From NCBI GenBank assembly GCA_020693225.1, contig JAIMJL010000003.1:1-62373 (forward strand): a stretch of DNA of 62,373 bases, given 5' to 3'. The position numbers were made by a program, and so were the translations under genes. How positions within the stretch are numbered: position 1 is the first letter of the stretch; each line of letters opens with the position of its first letter. Positions 36,641 through 47,078 of this stretch are shown here, piece by piece. Under the pieces are notes generated by a model. The model made no database searches and was not told the DNA's origin. It worked only from the letters and a program-made list of their open reading frames with translations. Source of the stretch: Sandarakinorhabdus sp. Its GTDB lineage: Bacteria > Pseudomonadota > Alphaproteobacteria > Sphingomonadales > Sphingomonadaceae.

Positions 36641-38914
36641 TTGCCGAACCCCTCGATCGCCAATTCCCATGTCTTGCTCTTAGTTGCCGCAGCGGCTTGT
36701 CTTACGGCGCCTGCCTTTGCCGCAGATGGCGGTGCTGATGCCGGTAGCGGGCCGGCGGCAGACATTATCCTGGTGACGGCATCGCGAGACGACACTTTCG
36801 CCATCGGCGGTTCGGTGCACCGGCTGGATGCAGCGGATCTCGCGGTGTTTTCCTATTCCGACATCAACCGGGTGCTGCGGCTTATCCCCGGCGTGTTGGT
36901 CCAGGAAGAAGAGGGCTTCGGCCTCCGCCCCAATATCGGCATCCGTGGCTCCGGCTCGGATCGTTCCGCCCGCGTTGCCATCATGGAGGATGGGGTGCTG
37001 GTTGCACCGGCCGCCTATGCGGCGCCGGCTGCCTATTATTTCCCGCGCATGGCGCGCATTTCCTCGGTGGAGGTGGCCAAGGGCCCGGCGGCGATCAAAT
37101 ATGGCCCGCAGACCATCGGCGGCGCGGTGTCGTTCCTATCTACCCCGATTCCGGAAACTGACGGCCTGTTCGGCCTGGGCGGTCATGCCGATTTGCTCGG
37201 CGGCAGTTTCGGGGCAGTGCGCGCGCACGGCAATTTGGGCGGCTGGTTTTCTGCCGGCGGCAATCTGGAAATCGGCGCGCTGGTGGAAGGCGTGCACGAA
37301 CGCTCGTCCGGCTTCAAGCGGCTGGACAGCCCGGCGGGCGCCGATACCGGCTTTGCCATTTCGGATATGGTGCTGAAGCTGGGCTTGCGCAGCAAGGACG
37401 GGGTGCACGACCTGCAACTGAAGTTTCAGCGCTATGACGAAACCTCCGATGAAACCTATCTCGGGCTGACGCAGGCAGATTTTGCGGCTGATCCGTTCCG
37501 CCGCTATGCCGCCAGCCAGCTGGACGAAATGACCGTTCGGCAGGATTTCTGGCAGGCCAGCTATCGCTTCGCGCCGTCCGAACGGTTCGAACTGGCGGCC
37601 ACAGCCTATCATCGCCGAGTGCAGCGCGCCTGGTACAAGCTGAACGATGTACGCAATAGCGCCAACACCGGCTGGCAGTCGCTGACATCGATTCTGGAAA
37701 ATCCCGAACCCTATTCCACGAAGTTGAATGAATTGCGCGGCACGGACGGCTTCTCCGGCCGGACCGGCTCGCTCCGGGTGCGCAACAACAACCGCGCCTA
37801 TGAATCCACCGGTGCGCAGCTTCTGGCGGCGACCCGCTTCGACACCGGCCCGGCTTCGCATCGGCTGGAAGCCTCGGTTCGCTATCACCAGGACAGCGAG
37901 GATCGCTTCCAGCAGGACGACCTATATACCAATGTGAACGGCATGCTGCAGCTGGCCAGCGCCGGCGCGCCGGGCAGCCAGGACAATCGCCTGGGCGAAG
38001 CCAAGGCCTGGGCCTTCTTCGTGCGCGACACCATCGAGGCGGGCCGCCTCACGCTGACGCCCGGCCTGCGCTTCGAAACCATCGATCTGGTGCAGACCCG
38101 CTGGGCGTTGACTGACCCTGAGCGCACGACTCCGATATCAGTCAGCAGCAGCAAGGTGGATGTCTGGATCCCCGGCATTGGCGCAACCTTCGATCTGGGA
38201 AGCGATTTCCGGCTGGTGGCGGGTGCCCACCGCGGCTTCTCCAACCCGGCGCCCGGCTCCACCGCGCGCGCCGAAACCAGCTGGAACTATGAAGCCGGTG
38301 TGAGGTTTGGCTCCCCGCGCAGCGGCATCGAGGCGATTGGCTTCCTGAACGCCTATGACAATCTGGTGGGAACCTGCACCGCATCCACCGGCGGAGAGTG
38401 CGATATCGGCGACCAGTTCGATGGTGGCCGCGCGCGAGCGGCGGGCGTGGAAATCGTTGCCAACCACCAGCTTGCCGGAATCGAAAGCTTCGGCTTCGCG
38501 CTTCCGGTCAGCCTTGCCTACACTTTCCTGGAAACCGAATTCCAGACCAGCTTCAACAGCGGCTTCGGCCCCTGGGGAACCGTGGTTCGGGGAGACGAGT
38601 TCCCCTATTCACCAAAGCACCAGCTGACGCTTGGTCTTGGCCTTGCGCTCGACAGTTTCACGCTCGACGCGCTGATGAACTGGACATCCGCCGCCCGCGC
38701 CCGGGCCGGGCAGGGCAGCATAGCCGCCAGCCAGCGCATAGACGACCGGGTGGTGATCGACCTTTCCACCAGCTACACTTTGCGCCCGGGCCTGCGGCTG
38801 TTCGGATCGGTCACCAATGTCACCGATCAGGTATTCAATGTTGCCCTCAGCCCGTCGGGGTTCCGGCCCGGCATGCCACGCGCCTTCATCGGCGGCGTGA
38901 AGGCCAACTTCTAA
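36641..38914 (+). CDS. TonB-dependent receptor, FecA-like
   Basis: GGAGG SD plus TTG start, signal peptide, EEEGFGLRPNIGIRG, MEDGVLVAPAAYAAPAAYYFP, terminal Phe. Confidence 0.9.
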   Translation: MPNPSIANSHVLLLVAAAACLTAPAFAADGGADAGSGPAADIILVTASRDDTFAIGGSVHRLDAADLAVFSYSDINRVLRLIPGVLVQEEEGFGLRPNIGIRGSGSDRSARVAIMEDGVLVAPAAYAAPAAYYFPRMARISSVEVAKGPAAIKYGPQTIGGAVSFLSTPIPETDGLFGLGGHADLLGGSFGAVRAHGNLGGWFSAGGNLEIGALVEGVHERSSGFKRLDSPAGADTGFAISDMVLKLGLRSKDGVHDLQLKFQRYDETSDETYLGLTQADFAADPFRRYAASQLDEMTVRQDFWQASYRFAPSERFELAATAYHRRVQRAWYKLNDVRNSANTGWQSLTSILENPEPYSTKLNELRGTDGFSGRTGSLRVRNNNRAYESTGAQLLAATRFDTGPASHRLEASVRYHQDSEDRFQQDDLYTNVNGMLQLASAGAPGSQDNRLGEAKAWAFFVRDTIEAGRLTLTPGLRFETIDLVQTRWALTDPERTTPISVSSSKVDVWIPGIGATFDLGSDFRLVAGAHRGFSNPAPGSTARAETSWNYEAGVRFGSPRSGIEAIGFLNAYDNLVGTCTASTGGECDIGDQFDGGRARAAGVEIVANHQLAGIESFGFALPVSLAYTFLETEFQTSFNSGFGPWGTVVRGDEFPYSPKHQLTLGLGLALDSFTLDALMNWTSAARARAGQGSIAASQRIDDRVVIDLSTSYTLRPGLRLFGSVTNVTDQVFNVALSPSGFRPGMPRAFIGGVKANF

Positions 38915-38918
38915 GCTG

Positions 38919-39833
38919 TCAGCGCGGCGCGCGTTTGCGCGGCGGCGGAGCCGGCATCACCCGCTTTGCCGTCAAGCCGCGTGCCTTCAATTCGTCCAGC
39001 AGGCTGCCGCTGCCGGCCATGTGCCCGGCGCCCACCGCCACAAACAGGGTGCCGGGGCGCTTCTTCAGCGCATCGGCGATCCAGGCGGCCCAGCGCGCGT
39101 TGCGATCATTCACCAGCATGCGTTTCAACATCGGTGACCGTTCGAAATCGGCGTTCATGCGATCGGCCAGACTGTCGGTGCGGCCGGCCATCCAGTCGTC
39201 AATCAACGCATCCATCTTGCCTTTCGCGCCTTTCAGATCGTCCAGCGCAGAGATCAGCAACTGCTGCTGATCGGCTTCGGACAGCGCATCGAAATAGATC
39301 AGCTGCTGCTCGGCGGTTTCCAGCGCCTCGATCGGGATCTGGCGGATTTTCGCCCGCTCGGCGAGCACAGCTTCGACCCCAAGGCCCGGATCCATGCCAT
39401 TGGCCTGTGATTCCAGATTGGCCAGGGTCAGCGCAATGAACCAGGTTTTGTACCAGTCCATCGGGCCGGTCTTCAGCCGCGCCATCTCGCGCTCCAGCGT
39501 GCCGCGGTAGATTTCCGGCACCCGCTCTAGCGCGGGCCGGGGCGCCGAAAGCCGCGCCAGCCGCAGCACAACCGGCATCATGGAGGCGGAGCTTTCCGGC
39601 GGAATGGTCTCCAGCACCAGAGCCTTGGACCCATCCAGCGCCCCCACCACATGCGCGCGAAACCAGTCCACCCCACGCGGCAGCGAATGCACCGTGCCGA
39701 ACAACACAACCCGGCTGTCGCCGTCACTCACCTCCCACATGGCTGGAACGGGAGGTTCGGGCGGCGGTGCTTTGCGCGCCGCAAGCGCCGGTGCAGTGCC
39801 CAGCAAAAGGCACAGCAGCAGGATGCGGATCAT
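38919..39833 (-). CDS. TraB/GumN family protein
   Basis: LFGTVHSL, LETAEQQ, DRNARW, FVAVGAGH; signal peptide. Confidence 0.9.
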   Translation of the reverse strand: MIRILLLCLLLGTAPALAARKAPPPEPPVPAMWEVSDGDSRVVLFGTVHSLPRGVDWFRAHVVGALDGSKALVLETIPPESSASMMPVVLRLARLSAPRPALERVPEIYRGTLEREMARLKTGPMDWYKTWFIALTLANLESQANGMDPGLGVEAVLAERAKIRQIPIEALETAEQQLIYFDALSEADQQQLLISALDDLKGAKGKMDALIDDWMAGRTDSLADRMNADFERSPMLKRMLVNDRNARWAAWIADALKKRPGTLFVAVGAGHMAGSGSLLDELKARGLTAKRVMPAPPPRKRAPR

Positions 39834-41347
39834 GCGCCGGCCTTTGGCCAGTAGCGGTCCTTCACCAGCCGCTTGTACAGTTTGCCAGTGTCGTGTCGGG
39901 GCAGCGCGGGATCGAAATCCACGCTTTTCGGGCATTTCACATGGCTCAGCCTCTCACGGGCAAAGGCGATCAGCTCGGCCGCCAGCTCCGGCCCCGCGTC
40001 GGCCCAGTCACGTGGCTGCACAACGGCCTTCACCGCCTCGCCCAGTTCGTCATCGGGCACGCCGATCACCGCCACATCAGCCACCTTTTCGTGCATCACG
40101 AGGACATTCTCGGTTTCCTGCGGATACACATTCACCCCGCCTGAAATGATCATGTAGCTCGCGCGATCGGTGAGGAAGAGATAGCCATCCGCATCCACAT
40201 AGCCAATGTCGCCGAAGGTTGCGCCATGGATCCCTTGCACTTCGGCGGTTTTTTCGGGCGCCTTGTGATAGGAAACAGGCGGACCGCCGTGAAAGAAGAT
40301 TCGCCCCTCGCGGCCGGGCGGAAGACGCTCGCCGGCATCATCCAGGATACGGATTTCGCCCAGGATGCTCTTGCCGACCGAGCCCTTCTTGCGCAGCCAT
40401 TCCTCAGAAGTGATGGTGGTGAAGCCTGCGCCTTCGGTGGCAGAATAATATTCGAAAATGCGCGGGCCCAGCCATTCGATCATCCGGGATTTGACCTCCA
40501 CCGGGCAGGGCGCGGCCGCATGAATAACCGCATGCAGGCTGGACAGATCATATTTCAAGCGTACGTCTTGCGGCAATTTCAGCATCTTGACGAACATCGT
40601 TGGGACCACTTGCGAGTGGGTAACGCGGTGACGCTCTACCAGCGACAGCCAGTGTTCGGCATCAAACTTCTCCATCACGATGATGGTGCCGCCGAACTTG
40701 TGCGCCGCCATGCAATAGCGCAGCGGCGCGGCATGGTACAGCGGCGCCGGGGAGAGATAGACGGTATCGGCTGTGAAACCATACAGCATCCCGACCAGGC
40801 CGGTCAGCGCGTCGATCTGGTCGATCGGGCCTTCCGGCAGCGGCCCGATGATGCCCTTGGGGCGCCCGGTGGTGCCGCTGGAATAGAGCATGTCGCGCCC
40901 CGTGCTTTCATCCGCGATGCGGGTGACAGGCATGGCCGCAAGGGCCGGCTCCAGCCGATCATAGGCGGCAATCGCGCCTCCATGGGCATAACGGTGGGCA
41001 ACCGGCGGCAGAGCTTCCGCCACGGCCGCCAGCGACGCCCCGGCAATCAGCAGCTTCGCGCCGCAATCCTCGACGATATAGCCCGCTTCGTCGGCCGTCA
41101 GCTTGGTGGAAATGCAGGTGTAAATGAGGCCTGATCGTTGCGCACCCCAGCACAGCGGCAGAAAATCGAGGCAGTTTTCCAGAAAGATAGCGATGGTGTC
41201 GCCACGCTTCAGCCCGGCTAGCCGATAAAGTTGTGCGGCCTGATTCGCGCGCGCTTCAAGCTGGGCATAGGTTAGCGTTTCCTGGGTGTTCGCCATGATG
41301 ATGGCGGGCTTGTCCGGCTGGCTGGCGGCGTGGTGAAATGGATGCAA
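39830..41347 (-). CDS. acyl-CoA synthetase (AMP-forming)
   Basis: [37 protein letters not shown]; probable TTG start. Confidence 0.93.
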   Translation of the reverse strand: MHPFHHAASQPDKPAIIMANTQETLTYAQLEARANQAAQLYRLAGLKRGDTIAIFLENCLDFLPLCWGAQRSGLIYTCISTKLTADEAGYIVEDCGAKLLIAGASLAAVAEALPPVAHRYAHGGAIAAYDRLEPALAAMPVTRIADESTGRDMLYSSGTTGRPKGIIGPLPEGPIDQIDALTGLVGMLYGFTADTVYLSPAPLYHAAPLRYCMAAHKFGGTIIVMEKFDAEHWLSLVERHRVTHSQVVPTMFVKMLKLPQDVRLKYDLSSLHAVIHAAAPCPVEVKSRMIEWLGPRIFEYYSATEGAGFTTITSEEWLRKKGSVGKSILGEIRILDDAGERLPPGREGRIFFHGGPPVSYHKAPEKTAEVQGIHGATFGDIGYVDADGYLFLTDRASYMIISGGVNVYPQETENVLVMHEKVADVAVIGVPDDELGEAVKAVVQPRDWADAGPELAAELIAFARERLSHVKCPKSVDFDPALPRHDTGKLYKRLVKDRYWPKAGA

Positions 41348-41471
41348 TGCGTGTCTCCCGATCCTCGGCCTCCCTTTCTGGCTTCGGCTTCGGGATGGCA
41401 AGATGGGGAATCGCAGCAACCGCTGCCAGACCCCTTCCCACGCCATGCTGCACCCGCTAAGCCGCAAAGCC

Positions 41472-42329
41472 GTGAAACCGACCTGCTTTCAGGACATCAT
41501 CCTCGCCCTCCATCGCTACTGGAGCGCGCGCGGCTGCGCCATGCTGCAGCCCTATGATATGGAGATGGGGGCCGGCACCTTCCACCCGGCCACCACTTTG
41601 CGGGCACTTGGCCCCAAGCCCTGGAAGGCCGCCTTCGTGCAGCCGAGTCGGCGGCCCAGCGACGGGCGCTATGGCGACAATCCCAACCGATTGCAGCATT
41701 ATTATCAATATCAGGTGATCCTGAAGCCCTCGCCAGACGACATCATCGCGCAATATCTCGGCTCGCTCGAGGCCATCGGAATCGATCTGCAAACCAATGA
41801 TATCCGCTTCGTGGAGGATGATTGGGAAAGCCCCACGCTGGGCGCCTGGGGGCTGGGCTGGGAGGTGTGGTGCAATGGCATGGAGGTGACGCAGTTCACC
41901 TATTTCCAGCAGGTGGGCGGGCAGGATTGCGCGCCGGTGGCGGGCGAGATCACCTATGGGCTGGAACGGCTGGCGATGTATGTGCTCGGCTACGAAAATG
42001 TCTACGACATGCCTTTCACCAACGAAGGGTTGCGCTACGGCGACGTGTTTCTGGAAAATGAGCGGCAGTTTTCTGCCTACAATTTCGTGCAGGCCAACAC
42101 CGAGGTGCTGTTCGATGGCTTCCGCAAGGCGGCGGATGAGTGCCGCGCGCTGGTGGAGGCCGGCCTGCCGCTGCCGGCTTACGATCAGGCGATCAAGGCA
42201 AGCCACATCTTCAACCTGCTGAACGCGCGCGGGGTGATTTCGGTGGCGGAACGGCAGGCCTATATCGGCCGGGTGCGGGATCTGGTGAAGGCGGTGGCGG
42301 CGTTGCAGGTGGAACTGGCAAATGCCTGA
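41472..42329 (+). CDS. glyQ: glycine--tRNA ligase alpha subunit
   Basis: [44 protein letters not shown]; start GTG 41472 or ATG 41445. Confidence 0.97.
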   Translation: MKPTCFQDIILALHRYWSARGCAMLQPYDMEMGAGTFHPATTLRALGPKPWKAAFVQPSRRPSDGRYGDNPNRLQHYYQYQVILKPSPDDIIAQYLGSLEAIGIDLQTNDIRFVEDDWESPTLGAWGLGWEVWCNGMEVTQFTYFQQVGGQDCAPVAGEITYGLERLAMYVLGYENVYDMPFTNEGLRYGDVFLENERQFSAYNFVQANTEVLFDGFRKAADECRALVEAGLPLPAYDQAIKASHIFNLLNARGVISVAERQAYIGRVRDLVKAVAALQVELANA

Positions 42330-44412
42330 TTTCCTGCTTGAACTTTTTTCCGAGGAAATCCCGGCACGGATGCACCCGGCGGCTGCCGCGCAGCTGAAAT
42401 CCGTGTTCGAGGCATTGCTGAAAGACAGCGGCCTTGCGGCCCACAGCATTGAAGCGCATGCCACCCCCCGGCGGCTGGCGCTGATTGCGCGCGGTCTTCC
42501 GGCGGCCAGCGTGGCCACCCACGAGGAGCGCCGCGGGCCGAAGGCGGATGCGCCGGCGCAGGCGATCGAAGGCTTCCTGAAATCGACCGGATTGCAGCGC
42601 GATGCGCTGGAAACGCGCGACACCGGCAAGGGCGTTTTTCTGTTTGCGCAGATTGGCAAGGCCGGCCGGGCAACGGCTGAAATCCTGGCCGAAAAGTTGC
42701 CCGCTATGATCGCCGGCTTCCAATGGCCGAAATCGCAGCGCTGGGGGCCGGCGAGCGCCAGCACCGCGTCCCCGCGCTGGGTGCGGCCATTGCGGGAGAT
42801 TGTCGCGCTGCTGGATGACGAGGTGGTGGATTTTGAGGCGCTTGGAATCCGCTCCGGACAGACGACCTGCGGGCATCGCTTCATGGGTAATGGCAAACCG
42901 ATCTGCATCGAAAGCGTGGACCGCTATGTGCACCATTTGCAGGCGGCCTTTGTGGTGCTCTCCGCCGACGAGCGCCGCGCCTATATCCGCGAAGGCGCCG
43001 CGCGGCTGGCGATTGCCGAGGGGTATCGCGTGCGTCCGGACGAGGCGCTGGAGGCGGAAAATGCCGGGCTGACCGAATGGCCGGTGCCGCTGCTGGGGCG
43101 GTTCGATCCGGATTATCTCACTGTTCCTCCGGAAATCATCCAGCTGACGATGCGCACCAACCAGAAATATTTTGCGCTGGAAAATGAGGCCGGAGACCTA
43201 GCCCCCGCCTTCATCTGCATCGCCAATCTGGAAGCTCCTGACGGTGGCAAAACCATCGTCGCCGGCAACGAGCGCGTGCTGTCGGCGCGCCTGGCGGACG
43301 CCCGCTTCTTCTGGGATCAGGACCGCAAGGTGCCGCTGGAGCAGCATGCCGAGAAATTGAAGGACATCCTGTTCCACGAGAAGCTTGGCACGATGGCGGA
43401 CAAGGTGGAGCGGGTCGCCAAGCTGGCGCGGTGGTTGGTGGAGACGCATCCGGAGCAGTTTCCCGGCGCACAGCCAGACACGGTAGAGCGCGCAGCGCGG
43501 TTGGCCAAAGCGGACCTCACCACCGGAACGGTGGGCGAGTTTCCCGAACTTCAGGGCATCATCGGCGGGTATCTGGCAGAGGCGCAGGGCGAAGACCCGG
43601 GCGTGGTTTCGGCGATCACGCAACTCTATGCGGCGGTGGTGAAGGGGTGTGTGCCTGCGGCCGTCGCGATAGCCGACCGTGCTGATATGGTAGCCCGTTT
43701 CTTCGACGCGGGCATGACACCCACGGGTTCAAAGGATCCATTTGCGCTGCGGCGTGCTATGCTGGGGATCATCAACACGATTTTGACGAACGGCTATCGG
43801 CTGCCCATCTCCTTCTTGTTCCACGCCGCACCAAACGCGCAAATCTTGGCGTTCCTGCAGGAGCGACTGCGGGTTCTGGTCCGCGATGAGGGCGTAAGAG
43901 CCGACGTGATAGACGCAACGCTGTTCTGGAACGGCAACGAGGATATCGTTGCCGTGGTGGCAACGGCGAAAGCCCTGCAAGTCTTCATCGAAACCGACGA
44001 TGGGAAGAACCTCCTGGCCGGCTACAAACGCGCGGCGAACATCCTGCGCATCGAGGAAAAGAAGGACGGCGTTACCTACGCCTTCGACCCCGCCATCCCG
44101 CTCGCAAAGTACATCGGCGAAACCGAGAAGAACCTTGCCGCCTTCTTCGTCCCCGCCGAGGGTGCCACCAGCACGGCTTTCTTTGACGAAGCCGATGCGC
44201 TGTTCGGCCACGAGGATTTTGCCGGCGCCATGAAGCTGCTGGCCACCTTGCGCGAACCCGTGGATGCATTTTTCGAGCAGGTGACCGTTAACGATCCTGA
44301 CCCGGAAACCCGCAAGCAGCGGTTGGGGCTGCTGGCTGCCATTCGGGACGCGATGCATCGGGTTGCCGATTTTTCCAGGATTGCCGACTTGTCGAGAAGT
44401 GATGCCGCATGA
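42322..44412 (+). CDS. glyS: glycine--tRNA ligase beta subunit with atypical C-terminal segments
   Basis: [75 protein letters not shown]. Confidence 0.96.
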   Translation: MPDFLLELFSEEIPARMHPAAAAQLKSVFEALLKDSGLAAHSIEAHATPRRLALIARGLPAASVATHEERRGPKADAPAQAIEGFLKSTGLQRDALETRDTGKGVFLFAQIGKAGRATAEILAEKLPAMIAGFQWPKSQRWGPASASTASPRWVRPLREIVALLDDEVVDFEALGIRSGQTTCGHRFMGNGKPICIESVDRYVHHLQAAFVVLSADERRAYIREGAARLAIAEGYRVRPDEALEAENAGLTEWPVPLLGRFDPDYLTVPPEIIQLTMRTNQKYFALENEAGDLAPAFICIANLEAPDGGKTIVAGNERVLSARLADARFFWDQDRKVPLEQHAEKLKDILFHEKLGTMADKVERVAKLARWLVETHPEQFPGAQPDTVERAARLAKADLTTGTVGEFPELQGIIGGYLAEAQGEDPGVVSAITQLYAAVVKGCVPAAVAIADRADMVARFFDAGMTPTGSKDPFALRRAMLGIINTILTNGYRLPISFLFHAAPNAQILAFLQERLRVLVRDEGVRADVIDATLFWNGNEDIVAVVATAKALQVFIETDDGKNLLAGYKRAANILRIEEKKDGVTYAFDPAIPLAKYIGETEKNLAAFFVPAEGATSTAFFDEADALFGHEDFAGAMKLLATLREPVDAFFEQVTVNDPDPETRKQRLGLLAAIRDAMHRVADFSRIADLSRSDAA

Positions 44413-47078
44413 GCGAAATCCTGTATCCGTTTGGCGGCAATGCGCCGACCCACCATGCCCTCGGCAAGGATCTGCTGGGCGGCAAGGGCGCCAATCTGTG
44501 CGAGATGGCAGGCATCGGCCTCGCCGTGCCGCCCGGCTTCGTGATACCGACGCCACTGTGCGCGGCCTATTATGATGCGGGCGGGCGGCTGCCGGAGGAT
44601 TTGATGGCGGCGCTGCCGCTTGGCCTGCAGCATATCGAGCGGTCGGTCATTGGAAAAGGCGCCACCGGGCCGGTGTTTGGTGATGCGTCCAATCCGCTGC
44701 TGGTGTCGGTCCGTTCCGGCGCGCGGGTTTCCATGCCGGGCATGATGGACACAGTGCTCAATCTTGGCCTCAACAACGAGACGGTGGAAGGCCTTGCCGC
44801 ACGATCCGGCAACCGCCGCTTCGCCTATGACAGCTATCGCCGCTTCATCCAGATGTATGCCGATGTGGTGCTGGGGCTGGATCATTATCTGTTTGAAGAT
44901 GCACTCGAACTGCTGAAAGATGATCGCGGCGTCACGCTCGATACCGAGCTGACGGCAGAGGATCTCGAAGGGCTGGTCAAGGCCTATCTGGCGCTCGTTG
45001 AACGCGAGCAGGGCGCACCTTTCCCACAAAATCCGGCGTTGCAGCTGATGGGGGCGGTGGCGGCCGTTTTCGGATCGTGGCGCTCCGAGCGGGCGGCGGT
45101 GTATCGGCGGCTGAACGACATCCCCGAAAGCTGGGGAACAGCCGTTACCGTGCAGGCGATGGTGTTCGGCAACATGGGCGAGACCTCGGCCACCGGTGTG
45201 GCGTTCACCCGCGATCCCTCCACCGGCGAAAACCGCATTTACGGCGAATATCTCATCAACGCACAGGGCGAGGATGTTGTCGCCGGCATCCGCACCCCGC
45301 AATATCTCACCACGGCATCGCGCGTGGGGGCAGGCGCGAAGGCCGCCTCGATGCAGGAAGCCATGCCGGAGGTGTTTGCCGAGCTGGCCGCCACCTTCGA
45401 CCTGCTGGAGCGGCATTACCGCGACATGCAGGACATCGAGTTCACCGTGCAGATGGGCAAGCTGTTCATCCTGCAGACGCGCAGCGGCAAGCGCACTGCC
45501 AAAGCGGCGCTGAAGATTGCCTGCGACATGGTGGATGAGGGCCTGATCGACAGCGAAACCGCAATCCTGCGGGTTGACCCGCAAATTCTCGATCAACTGC
45601 TGCACCCCACCCTCGATCCCGCAGCCGAGCGGCCGGTGATCGCCATCGGCCTGCCGGCGTCGCCCGGCGCGGCGTCGGGGGCGATTGCCTTTGACAGCGA
45701 AACCGCCGAGCGGCGCGCTGCCATGGGCGAGGAAGTGCTGCTGGTGCGGGTGGAAACCTCTCCGGAAGATATTTCCGGCATGCACGCCGCCAAGGGCATT
45801 CTGACGGCGCGCGGCGGCATGACCAGCCATGCAGCCGTGGTGGCGCGCGGAATGGGCCGGCCATGCGTTTCCGGCGCCGGCTCGATCCAGATCGATATGG
45901 TGACGCGCGTGTTGCGCGTGGCGGGTCGCGACTATCCCGAGGGCACGGTGCTGACCCTGGACGGTGCGACCGGCGAAGTGATGACCGGGCGGGTGCCGAC
46001 CATCCAGCCCGAGCTTTCCGGCGATTTCGCGCGGCTGATGGCCTGGGCCGATGCCCATCGCCGCATGAAGGTGCGCGCGAATGCGGAAACGCCGCAGGAC
46101 TGCCGCACGGCGCGGCAATTCGGGGCCGAGGGCGTGGGGCTGGCGCGTACCGAGCATATGTTCTTCGATGCCACCCGCATCACCCATGTGCGGGAGATGA
46201 TCCTCGCGGCAGACGAGCCGGCGCGGCGGGTGGCGCTTGCCAAGCTGCTGCCGGCACAGCGGGCCGATTTCCGCGAGATGTTCGAGATCATGGCCGGGCT
46301 GCCGGTGACGATTCGGTTGCTCGATCCGCCGCTGCACGAGTTTCTGCCCGCGCGCGAGGCCGATTTCGAGGATGTGGCGGCGGCGGCGGGCGTATCGGTG
46401 GCGGCCCTGAAGCGCCGCAGCAGCGAATTGCACGAGTTCAACCCGATGCTGGGGCATCGCGGTTGCCGGCTTGGCGTCACCTATCCGGAAATCTATGAAA
46501 TGCAGGCCCGCGCCATTTTCGAGGCGGCGCTGGATTGCGAAATCGCGCCGATCCCGGAAATCATGGTGCCGCTGGTGGCCACCGCGCGCGAGCTGGAGCT
46601 GATGAAAGCGGTGATCGACCGCACCGCGCAGGCGGTGTTTTCCGAACGCGCCCGCACCCTGACCTATCTGGTTGGCACCATGATCGAAGTGCCGCGCGCC
46701 GCGCTTCGTGCAGCCGAAATTGCCGAAGACGCCGCCTTCTTCAGCTTTGGCACCAATGACCTCACGCAAACCACGCTTGGCATCAGCCGCGATGATGCAG
46801 CGCGTTTCCTCGGCGTGTATGTCGAGCAGGGCATTTATCCCAAGGACCCGTTCGTCAGCCTGGATATCGAAGGCGTGGGCGAGCTGGTGGCGTTGGCCGC
46901 CGGCCGGGGCAGGGCGGTTCGGCCCGATCTGAAGCTTGGCATCTGTGGCGAGCATGGCGGCGATCCGGCCTCGATTGCTTTCTGCGAAGGGCTCGGGCTG
47001 GATTATGTCAGCTGTTCGCCCTGGCGGGTGCCGATCGCAAGATTGGCGGCGGCTCAGGCGGCGCTGAAGGCGCGCTAA
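44409..47078 (+). CDS. ppdK: pyruvate, phosphate dikinase
   Basis: LGGKGANL, SVRSGARVSMPGMMDTVLNLG, GGMTSHAAVVARG, GTNDLTQ, GICGEHGG. Confidence 0.97.
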   Translation: MSEILYPFGGNAPTHHALGKDLLGGKGANLCEMAGIGLAVPPGFVIPTPLCAAYYDAGGRLPEDLMAALPLGLQHIERSVIGKGATGPVFGDASNPLLVSVRSGARVSMPGMMDTVLNLGLNNETVEGLAARSGNRRFAYDSYRRFIQMYADVVLGLDHYLFEDALELLKDDRGVTLDTELTAEDLEGLVKAYLALVEREQGAPFPQNPALQLMGAVAAVFGSWRSERAAVYRRLNDIPESWGTAVTVQAMVFGNMGETSATGVAFTRDPSTGENRIYGEYLINAQGEDVVAGIRTPQYLTTASRVGAGAKAASMQEAMPEVFAELAATFDLLERHYRDMQDIEFTVQMGKLFILQTRSGKRTAKAALKIACDMVDEGLIDSETAILRVDPQILDQLLHPTLDPAAERPVIAIGLPASPGAASGAIAFDSETAERRAAMGEEVLLVRVETSPEDISGMHAAKGILTARGGMTSHAAVVARGMGRPCVSGAGSIQIDMVTRVLRVAGRDYPEGTVLTLDGATGEVMTGRVPTIQPELSGDFARLMAWADAHRRMKVRANAETPQDCRTARQFGAEGVGLARTEHMFFDATRITHVREMILAADEPARRVALAKLLPAQRADFREMFEIMAGLPVTIRLLDPPLHEFLPAREADFEDVAAAAGVSVAALKRRSSELHEFNPMLGHRGCRLGVTYPEIYEMQARAIFEAALDCEIAPIPEIMVPLVATARELELMKAVIDRTAQAVFSERARTLTYLVGTMIEVPRAALRAAEIAEDAAFFSFGTNDLTQTTLGISRDDAARFLGVYVEQGIYPKDPFVSLDIEGVGELVALAAGRGRAVRPDLKLGICGEHGGDPASIAFCEGLGLDYVSCSPWRVPIARLAAAQAALKAR

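Noticed and set aside
38919-39833. TraB as evidence of conjugation
   Set aside because: TraB/GumN is a chromosomal metalloprotease-like family; no transfer genes nearby.
44076-46955. 959-aa minus-strand ORF
   Set aside because: Antisense shadow of ppdK/glyS caused by high-GC codon bias; no recognisable motifs.
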